NCBI GenBank assembly: GCA_013816725.1
Contig: JACDEA010000002.1
Span: 6,486 to 45,575 of the forward strand
DNA length: 39,090 nucleotides
Direction of reading: 5' to 3'
Origin: Actinomycetota bacterium
GTDB taxonomy: Bacteria > Actinomycetota > Acidimicrobiia > Acidimicrobiales > JACDEA01
Positions within the stretch are counted from its first letter, which is position 1. Each line of letters opens with the position of its first letter. This document shows, in pieces, positions 26,182-32,862 of the stretch. Below the pieces are notes generated by a model that searched no databases, was not told the DNA's origin, and saw nothing but the letters and a program-made list of their open reading frames with translations. Position numbers and translations under genes: made by a program.

Positions 26182-27366
26182 TCAGCCATTCCCTTCGGAT
26201 ACGGCACCTGACTCGGCGCGCGCGAACCAATGGGCTACCAGCACGTCCGTCGAAGAATGGGCGATGATCGACAGTGCAATCACGGCGGCGATCAGCGCAA
26301 ACAACTGGTTCGAGCGTGGTGTGCCGCTTTCGAGTATCAGCAGTCCGTACACCACCGACGCGAAGCCCTTTGGTCCGAACCACGATGCCGCCGCACGCTC
26401 CCGCCAATCGAGCTGGCTCCCGACCAGGGCGACCTGCAGTCCTGCGGGCCGCGCGAGGACCAGCGCTGCTATTGCGAAGACGAAACCGCCGATTGGCACA
26501 GCGCTAATCATCCGCGTGGTCAACACCGCGCCGAAAATCATCACGGCGGCGAGCTTCAAGAGTTCCGACAAGAGTTCACCGAACTCGCGAAAGCTGTCGC
26601 GTACCGCCGGACTGAACGTCGCCACGGTTATGCCGGCAGTGAACGCGGCGAGAAAGCTGTTCGCGCTTGTCAGCGACGAAGCCGCGAACACGATTGTTGC
26701 GATTGCGAACGCGTTGAGCGGCTCGTACTTGACGGTCGAGCCGAACCAGCGTTGGCGCTCCAATGCGATGGCGACCCAGGGGATGACGAAACCCAATGCG
26801 ACACCGAGCGCGAGCTCGCCCGCGAGGTGTTGGACGTGAACCGCTTGTCTGTCCACAACCGCAAGAAGCACGATCACGACGGGTAACGCGAGCCCGTCAT
26901 TCAGGCCGCTCTCGACGTTGAGCAGGTGCCGAAGCCGGTGCGGAATCTCCGAACGCCCGACGATCGCGGCGGCAAAAACTGGATCCGTTGGCGACAGCAC
27001 CGCGGCCACCAAAAGCGCCTGACCCCACGGCAGGCCGACCAGAGCCCTGGCCAAGAGCGTAAGCAACCCGAAGGTCAACGGCATGCCGACAAGCAGTGCC
27101 CGAGCGGGCAGCCGCCACGCGCGCCGTAGCTGGGTCGCGTCGATCCGCAACGCGTCCGTAAACAACACGCTGAACAACGCGAGCACCGCAAAATCACGCA
27201 CCACCGGCTGCCGAACGTTCAAGTCAACGACCCGAAAGCCGAGCGAGCCGAGCCCGGTGCCCGCGAATAGGAACATGACAGTTGTAGACAACACGCTGCG
27301 ATGAGCCAGACCCGACACCAAGACCGCGACGAGCAAGACCACGCCGAAGGCGAACACCAAGGTCAC
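26182..27366 (-). CDS. Cation:proton antiporter (Na+/H+ exchanger family, CPA1-type), no cytoplasmic regulatory domain
   Basis: 394 aa with ~11 hydrophobic segments. SPTDPVFAAAIVG and LNVESGLNDGLALPVV are typical Na_H_Exchanger motifs. GTG start at 27366. Confidence 0.8.
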   Translation of the reverse strand: MTLVFAFGVVLLVAVLVSGLAHRSVLSTTVMFLFAGTGLGSLGFRVVDLNVRQPVVRDFAVLALFSVLFTDALRIDATQLRRAWRLPARALLVGMPLTFGLLTLLARALVGLPWGQALLVAAVLSPTDPVFAAAIVGRSEIPHRLRHLLNVESGLNDGLALPVVIVLLAVVDRQAVHVQHLAGELALGVALGFVIPWVAIALERQRWFGSTVKYEPLNAFAIATIVFAASSLTSANSFLAAFTAGITVATFSPAVRDSFREFGELLSELLKLAAVMIFGAVLTTRMISAVPIGGFVFAIAALVLARPAGLQVALVGSQLDWRERAAASWFGPKGFASVVYGLLILESGTPRSNQLFALIAAVIALSIIAHSSTDVLVAHWFARAESGAVSEGNG

Positions 27367-27595
27367 TGAGCGAGCCTACGGTCGACGAGGCGCAGGCTAT
27401 CCGAGAGCGAAGGGTTCGAACGGTCCGAGCCCGGTACCGCTCCGTGCACGCAAAGCCGATGAGGCCAGAGGAGTCCGCGGTCCGTTGCTCCCGGTCTTAG
27501 GACACACCAAAACAGTGCATGCCTTCGCCGAGCTATCTCACGGGAAGCTCGGCCACCGAGCCCAACTCGTCGTCGCGTTGCCGGCCGGTCGTAGG

Positions 27596-28780
27596 TCAGG
27601 GCCCACTCGATACCGGAATACCGATCACGCGGCCGCCTGCTGGTTGGTTCAGCTCGTGACCGCAGGCAGGACAAGCGACGGGCTCCATATTCCGCGAGCG
27701 TCCCGGGTCGCCAAGCTCTAGGGCGATCTGTTTCTCGCAGGACCGGCAGTCGACGATCAGAGTGTGTGGGTCCCCGGCGGGGGCGCGTGATGACTGGTCG
27801 TCGCGGCGTCCTGGGCTGATGTGAGCGGCCACGCCACCTCCGGAGAAGACAGTGACGCGGCCCGACTCGGAGACCACGAGCGCTAGCACGCCTGGCACGT
27901 CGAAGGTGAAGCGGCGGGCGGACGTGTGCCGGGCGCCAAGGGTCGCCTGCACGAGCGAGATGGCGCGGCGCGTGCTGTTCAAGCGGACACCGATGGGTCC
28001 GACGGTGCCGTCCGCGCCAATGATTGTCGCAAGGTCGACCTGGCTGTGGATGGAGACCAGTGCGGGGAAGTGGGCTCTTCGAGCAACCGACAGCCCCGGC
28101 GGCTGAACCGCCTGACTCAGCTCGAGCAGACCCTCGCGGCGGTCATCGAGGGCGTGGCCGTCAAGGTTCCACACGAGAGTCGATCCGACGCAGCCGGCGG
28201 CGAGCGCGTGGACCGCGAGCTCTAGGAGTCCAGCCGCCACCGCAGGATCCGCGTGGGGGGCCAGGGTGGTGATCAGGGCTACGTACTCGTCGGCGAGCGG
28301 CTTATGGAGCCAGGTCGAGCCGTCCCAGGACACGACGCCGTTGGCAGTGCAAACCCGGAGCAGACCGGTCTGACCCCGCTGGATCACGACGGCGCCACAT
28401 CTCTGGAGGCGCACCGCCGCGAGTTCGTCGTCGAAGCTTCGCTCGAAAACAGCGAGGCCACTGATCCCTTCGGGGGTTACTACCGTGAACGATGACCCTC
28501 CGTCAGCACAACGACGGAGCACGGGCGTCGACACGGAGGGGTCGCCGACCAGTAGGGGCGGGTGTGGTGCGCTGTCCCAGTCGGGCACGCCATCGAAGAT
28601 GAGCGACCCGTAAGCCGGTGTGCGCCGCTCGTGGCGAGGTGGTCGTCGGGCGTAGGTCAACTCGGCCAGGATCCGAGAGCCCGACGGGCCATCGAGGGTA
28701 AGCGGGACGTTTTCGTCGGCAAGCTCCTCACGAAGTCGGGCGAGGCGCCTAAGAACTACCGGATCGTCGGCATGGCTCAC
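27596..28780 (-). CDS. DAC (DisA_N)-fold domain protein with non-canonical motifs, an unassigned N-terminal half and a C-terminal 4-Cys zinc ribbon
   Basis: GSTLVWNLDG, HSQVDLATIIGADGTVGPIG and LGARHTSARRFTFDVPGVLALVVSESGRVTVFSGG are colinear with diadenylate cyclase motifs, with DGA changed to DLA and RHR to RHT. CRSC-x21-CPAC near the C-terminus. The GTG start lies 5 nt after the upstream MarR-like stop. Confidence 0.6.
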   Translation of the reverse strand: MSHADDPVVLRRLARLREELADENVPLTLDGPSGSRILAELTYARRPPRHERRTPAYGSLIFDGVPDWDSAPHPPLLVGDPSVSTPVLRRCADGGSSFTVVTPEGISGLAVFERSFDDELAAVRLQRCGAVVIQRGQTGLLRVCTANGVVSWDGSTWLHKPLADEYVALITTLAPHADPAVAAGLLELAVHALAAGCVGSTLVWNLDGHALDDRREGLLELSQAVQPPGLSVARRAHFPALVSIHSQVDLATIIGADGTVGPIGVRLNSTRRAISLVQATLGARHTSARRFTFDVPGVLALVVSESGRVTVFSGGGVAAHISPGRRDDQSSRAPAGDPHTLIVDCRSCEKQIALELGDPGRSRNMEPVACPACGHELNQPAGGRVIGIPVSSGP

Positions 28781-28785
28781 AGGTC

Positions 28786-29100
28786 TCAGCCGCTGATCCT
28801 TGCCTGGCCGGGCATGTCGTCGGTAGCTTCTGCCATAGCGCGCAGCCCGGCGACCATCCCTACGCGTTGTCGGTTAGCGAGGCCTTTGCTCACCAAGCGG
28901 TCGCACACCCGGGTGCCCGTTGATCGCGGCGCTTCCAACTCCGCGCGTAGGGCCGACACGCCGGTAGCCCGGCGGTCGCACAGCACGACCAGTGCCCAGA
29001 ACTGGGGCAGCGTTGCACGGTCGGCTATCGCGGCCAGCGAGCGGACGGCGACGGCCGCACGTGGGGCCGACCGAACCGCATCGGCGACAGTACGCATCAC
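28786..29100 (-). CDS. Truncated MarR-like HTH protein (104 aa; wing and C-terminal dimerisation helices missing)
   Basis: ATLPQFWALVVLCDRRATGVSALRAELEAPRSTGTRVCDRLVSKGL parallels VTLPQFRALVVLTRPSAVTVGDLAEALDVRPSTATRLCDRLERKRL of the divergent MarR at 29264. After the recognition helix the similarity ends. Confidence 0.55.
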   Translation of the reverse strand: MMRTVADAVRSAPRAAVAVRSLAAIADRATLPQFWALVVLCDRRATGVSALRAELEAPRSTGTRVCDRLVSKGLANRQRVGMVAGLRAMAEATDDMPGQARISG

Positions 29101-29263
29101 AAACGCTTGTATAACGCAACACGCAACACGGCGGGAAAGCCGTCGGCGGCCGAGGACGCTCGGCTCACGTTGGTCAACCCTCGGCTACGGCCGACCTTTC
29201 GTCTTGTTCTCGCTGTTACACGAGTGGAGGTGAATTGATTAGTCAGCTACATTAGTTGCCTAG
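29101..29263. promoter_or_regulatory. Divergent MarR/MarR intergenic region with short direct repeats; probable operators and a leaderless-type promoter
   Basis: ACGCAAC ACGCAAC ACG at 29114-29130. ATTAGT at 29238 and 29251 (13-bp spacing) sits in the only AT-rich patch. TACATT (TANNNT) ends 10 nt before ATG 29264, and no Shine-Dalgarno is present. Confidence 0.3.
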
Positions 29264-29764
29264 ATGCATATGATTCCCAACGATGTCGAGTCGACTGCGG
29301 AAGTTCTCCTACGCGCATCACGAGTTTTGGTAGCTGTCGCCGCGCGCTCATTTGCGGACGTCGACGACGTCACGCTTCCGCAGTTTCGTGCGCTCGTTGT
29401 GTTGACGCGACCGAGCGCGGTCACGGTGGGCGACCTGGCCGAGGCGCTCGATGTCCGCCCGTCGACTGCGACGCGCCTGTGTGATCGGCTCGAGCGCAAG
29501 CGGCTCGTCAAGCGAAACCCGGGCGCCCCGCCCGATCGCCGGGAGACGCAAGTGAGCCTGACCGCCTCCGGACGGCGCCTCGTCGCGCTGGTGACCGGAC
29601 GCCGCTCCCGTGACATTGCCGCGATCGCCGCGTCCATGACCCCGGCAGAGTGCGCGCACGCCGTGAAAGGACTCAGCGCGTTCGCGACGGCGGCAGGCGA
29701 GCTACCGATAGATCCATTCGGCTGGAGCGATTTTGCGTCCACTGGCAGGGCCTCGTCCCGATGA
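29264..29764 (+). CDS. MarR family transcriptional regulator
   Basis: Full-length winged HTH: LPQFRALVVL...VGDLAEALDVRPSTATRLCDRLERKRLVKRNPGAPPDRRETQVSLTASGRRL. Its stop overlaps the ClC start (ATGA). Confidence 0.8.
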   Translation: MHMIPNDVESTAEVLLRASRVLVAVAARSFADVDDVTLPQFRALVVLTRPSAVTVGDLAEALDVRPSTATRLCDRLERKRLVKRNPGAPPDRRETQVSLTASGRRLVALVTGRRSRDIAAIAASMTPAECAHAVKGLSAFATAAGELPIDPFGWSDFASTGRASSR

Positions 29765-31758
29765 CTGAGTTGTTGGCGCGTCTGAAGGACTGGAGCTATC
29801 TGCGCAAGTGGCTGGTTCTCGGCGCCCTCATCGGAGTGGTCGCGGGGCTCGGCGCGATCGCGTTCATCTTCGCGCTCGACGGGGCCTCGAAGCTGCTCCT
29901 CGAGACGATTGGTGGATACAAGCCGCCGCTACCGGTGGGCGAGGGCAATCGGCTCGCGGCCGGAAGCTTCGCTCGCCCATGGGCCATCCCGCTCGTCGTC
30001 GGCTTCGGTGGTCTGGTTTCTGGGATCCTTGTATTTGGGTTCGCGCCCGAGGCAGAGGGGCACGGGACCGACGCGGCGATCGACGCGGTCCACCACAACC
30101 CTCGCGGCATTCGTGTGCGGGTCACGCTGATCAAGCTGTTTGCGTCAGCGGCCACGATTGGCAGCGGCGGGTCCGCTGGGCGCGAGGGTCCAACTGCGCA
30201 GATCAGCGCCGGATTCGGCTCGTTCCTGGCGCGACGTCTAGCGCTCAGCCCCGAGGACTCGCGCATCGCGGTCGCGGTCGGGATCGGCTCCGGCATCGGC
30301 GCGATATTCCGTGCGCCACTCGGCGGGGCGGTGCTGGGCGCCGAGATTCTCTACCGCGACGACCTCGAGCCTGAGGCACTGTTCCCATCGCTCGTCGCGT
30401 CGATCGTCGGGTTCTCGATCTTCGGCGCGGTCGAGGGTTTCGATCCGATCTTCGGAACCCTGCGCACCCCCCAGTTCGACCATCCGGTCCAACTCTTCTA
30501 CTACGCCCTTCTTGGCATCGCTGCGGGCCTCCTTGGCCGCCTCTATGCCCGCGGCTTCTATGGAACCGTCGCCCTCCGCCACAAGTTCCCCGGACCGGAC
30601 ATGCTCAAGCCGGCAGTCGCCGGCGTCCTCGTCGGCCTGATCGGCCTCGCCTTCCCGGCTGCGCTTGGCACCGGCTACGGCTGGCTGCAACGGGGGATTC
30701 ACGACGGACTACCTAACACCGCCTTGTGGGTGATCCTGGCGCTGCCCCTCGTGAAGATTCTTGCCACTTCACTGTCGATCGGATCCGGTGGGTCGGGTGG
30801 AATCTTCGGTCCGGGTATGGTGATCGGCGGCTTCGTCGGACTCGGCCTTTGGCGCGTTCTTCACGGCGTCGCCCCCGGCATGCCCGACGCGCCCGCACCC
30901 TTCATGGTCGTCGGCATGATCGCGTGCTTTGGCAGCATCGCCCACGCCCCCCTCGGGCTCATGCTGATGGTTGCCGAGATGACCGGCAGCCTGGCGCTGC
31001 TCCCGCCGGCGATGATCGCCATCGGACTGGCGACGCTCGTTGTCGGCGACGACACGATTTATGAAAGCCAGTTGCGCAGCCGCGCTGATTCGCCCGCGCA
31101 TCGCGCCGCGTTCGGCCTGCCGCTTCTCAGCGCGGTATTGGCCTCAGACCTGATGACGAAACCCCGACTCGTCCTGTCAGCGGACGTCTCCGTCGCCGAG
31201 GCCCGCGACCGGCTCGACGCAAGCGACGTTCCTGGCGCCCCGGTCGTCGGCGCTGACGGCGAATTCGTTGGCGTCCTATTAGCTGATGGAACGCAGGCCC
31301 GCGGCGACGTCACTGCGGGCGCGGCCGCTGATCGCTCTTACCCAACCGTTCCATCCGATCGCGGCCTCGATTTCGCCCTCGATGCGATGGTCTCGGCCGG
31401 CGTCGGCTGGGTGCCGGTCTTGAACGACAACCGCCTCGCGGGAATCGTCGCGATGAACGAAGTTATCGCCGGCTACCAGCAGGCCCTCCGGCGCTCACTG
31501 CGGCTTCTCGCCGACGTCAGCGGGAGCTCAGTTCTCGTCGAAGCCACCGTCGGCGAGACATCGTCGTTCGCCGGCACGACCGTCGCCGACGCTCCCTGGC
31601 CGCCCGGGTCTTTCGCTCTGAGCATCGACCGACGCAGCCAACTGATCGCGCCCAGACCGCAGACGGACATACAGTCCGGTGACGTTGTTGTCGCCGTGGT
31701 TCCAGCCGGCGTCGAGGCCGAGTTGCGCCGTCGACTCAATGGGCATGAGATGCCGTGA
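29761..31758 (+). CDS. ClC family chloride channel / H+-Cl- exchanger with C-terminal CBS pair and RCK_C (TrkA_C) domain
   Basis: ATG 29761. GSGGSAGREGP, GSGGSGGIFGPGMVIGG and GSIAHAPL selectivity-filter motifs. CBS-like segments (DLMTKPRLVLSADVSVAEA..., GWVPVLNDNRLAGIVAMNEV). The tail VLVEATVGETSSFAGTTVADAPWPPGSFALSIDRRSQLIAPRPQTDIQSGDVVVAVV is RCK_C-like. Confidence 0.85.
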   Translation: MTELLARLKDWSYLRKWLVLGALIGVVAGLGAIAFIFALDGASKLLLETIGGYKPPLPVGEGNRLAAGSFARPWAIPLVVGFGGLVSGILVFGFAPEAEGHGTDAAIDAVHHNPRGIRVRVTLIKLFASAATIGSGGSAGREGPTAQISAGFGSFLARRLALSPEDSRIAVAVGIGSGIGAIFRAPLGGAVLGAEILYRDDLEPEALFPSLVASIVGFSIFGAVEGFDPIFGTLRTPQFDHPVQLFYYALLGIAAGLLGRLYARGFYGTVALRHKFPGPDMLKPAVAGVLVGLIGLAFPAALGTGYGWLQRGIHDGLPNTALWVILALPLVKILATSLSIGSGGSGGIFGPGMVIGGFVGLGLWRVLHGVAPGMPDAPAPFMVVGMIACFGSIAHAPLGLMLMVAEMTGSLALLPPAMIAIGLATLVVGDDTIYESQLRSRADSPAHRAAFGLPLLSAVLASDLMTKPRLVLSADVSVAEARDRLDASDVPGAPVVGADGEFVGVLLADGTQARGDVTAGAAADRSYPTVPSDRGLDFALDAMVSAGVGWVPVLNDNRLAGIVAMNEVIAGYQQALRRSLRLLADVSGSSVLVEATVGETSSFAGTTVADAPWPPGSFALSIDRRSQLIAPRPQTDIQSGDVVVAVVPAGVEAELRRRLNGHEMP

Positions 31759-31918
31759 CGACAGCGGAGAATGAAGGCGCTTATGGGCGTCAGACCCGAC
31801 TGATGTCGGCAGTGTGGCCGGCATCCTTGCGAACGGTGGCCACCTCGGACGTCCAGGCGGGGGTTCATGCGACTCGGCCCGACGCGGCATCCAGCACATA
31901 GCTGACGAAGCGGCGGTG

Positions 31919-32320
31919 TCATTCGGAGTTGCCGACGAGCTGCGCGACTCGTTGAAATGAGATCTCGAGGATGTCGCCCGCGTCGCGGATTGTGAGACCT
32001 GAGTTGACGAGCGCTCGCGCGATGTCGACGTCGGCACGAGCGGCGTCGGATGCGGCGGCGCGGGCGACAGAGCGGGCCCTGCGGCGTGCTTCGAGTTGCG
32101 CGTTCAGCGCGTTGTTCAACTCTGGGATCTTGACGACCACGACCTCGCTTTCGGGCACCTCGAGCAGTGTTGTCACGGCGTCGATCACCATCGCGTCGAC
32201 CTGGCGGAGACGTCGGGCTTGCGTGAACAACAGCGGTTCACCGCCTTCCAACTGGTCCGTGACCGCGACAGACCACCAGTCGCCCTCTCTCGTGCACTTC
32301 GCCTCATAAATCCGAGCCAT
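31919..32320 (-). CDS. hicB: HicB family antitoxin with C-terminal HTH
   Basis: ATG 32320: MARIYEAKCTREGDWWSVAVTD...TQARRLRQVDAMVIDAV (HicB N-domain pattern). C-terminal GLTIRDAGDILEISFQRVAQLV. The start overlaps the stop of the upstream hicA reading frame (TGATG). Confidence 0.7.
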   Translation of the reverse strand: MARIYEAKCTREGDWWSVAVTDQLEGGEPLLFTQARRLRQVDAMVIDAVTTLLEVPESEVVVVKIPELNNALNAQLEARRRARSVARAAASDAARADVDIARALVNSGLTIRDAGDILEISFQRVAQLVGNSE

Positions 32321-32532
32321 CACTTCCACCAGTCCTTTCCGAACAACACGTCGAGCTTGCGGAGCATCCCGCGGGCCGTGCCCTCGGTGATCTCGTTGTG
32401 CCGTGCGACAACGACCGCTTCGCCGCCGCACCTTTAGATACTGTGGCTGCCCCCTTCGCGTACAAGGACGAACTCGACGCCAGTGTTCTTGGCGGCCTCG
32501 TCGATCTTGTGGAGCAGGTCCCTGCGCTTAAT
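32320..32532 (-). pseudogene. hicA: HicA family toxin gene inactivated by an in-frame TAA and lacking a canonical start codon
   Basis: Hand translation: (CTG)ATT-IKRRDLLHKIDEAAKNTGVEFVLVREGGSHSI-TAA(32434-32436)-RCGGEAVVVARHNEITEGTARGMLRKLDVLFGKDWWK-TGA. The GGSHxI...RHxEI...G pattern matches HicA. An in-frame TAG lies 3 codons upstream of ATT. Confidence 0.6.
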
Positions 32533-32535
32533 CAG

Positions 32536-32592
32536 GCTAGTCTAGCTAGCCTAGACAATCAAGTCAAGCAGAATTAGACAACGCACGTTGTC
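32536..32592. promoter_or_regulatory. Putative hicAB operator/promoter: four CTAG tetramers in 18 bp, two TAGACAA repeats and a 7-bp-arm palindrome
   Basis: gCTAGtCTAGCTAGcCTAGacaa at 32536-32558. TAGACAA at 32552 and 32575. GACAACG-ca-CGTTGTC at 32577-32592. Confidence 0.4.
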
Positions 32593-32862
32593 GCACCCTG
32601 GTCCGCGTCCGATTGTCGATTGGGATGACGCACGCGCCAAAGGATGAACACGTTTCAACGGTCGCCGTCGCCGCGACGCAAGACGGTGTTGGTCGGCGTC
32701 AGCACGATGAGTTCGCCGACGATCAGTGGCGGAGTGTTCGCATAATGACCGCCCGGGACTGCTACTAGCTAGCCATGAGTTGGACACCCGAGTTCACGTT
32801 CGACCGTTTGACAAGTGTTTGACGAACACATCGGCGCGGCCCTGTTTGGCGATGAAGGGGGG

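Noticed and set aside
25709-26182. 157-codon minus-strand ORF whose ATG overlaps the antiporter stop (TGATG); a 68-aa ORF in another frame (25732..25938)
   Set aside because: The overlap suggests coupling, but the product is Arg/Pro-rich with mediocre codon bias. A second frame (…SPVLLPEPGQTRALVDLISLIAGPHRHVTVRF) looks equally or more protein-like. This may be a frameshifted remnant, faintly STAS-like. I cannot support a call without a database or structure search.
27409-27432. gggttcgaa, a 9-nt match to the tRNA-Glu T-loop region, as a candidate distal att repeat of a 12.5-kb island
   Set aside because: The match does not extend beyond 9 nt, and the flanks do not form a T arm or match the tRNA 3' end.
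27367-27595. Possible c-di-AMP (ydaO/kimA-type) riboswitch in the 5' leader of the antiporter gene, next to the DAC-like gene
   Set aside because: I reverse-complemented the region and looked for the conserved ydaO elements (paired ACGGGGA / GGGGUGAAUC / CCCGAACCCGACAGCUAACC-type cores). Only a CGAACCC heptamer is present, with no pseudo-twofold architecture. A covariance-model scan (Rfam RF00379) would be the decisive test.
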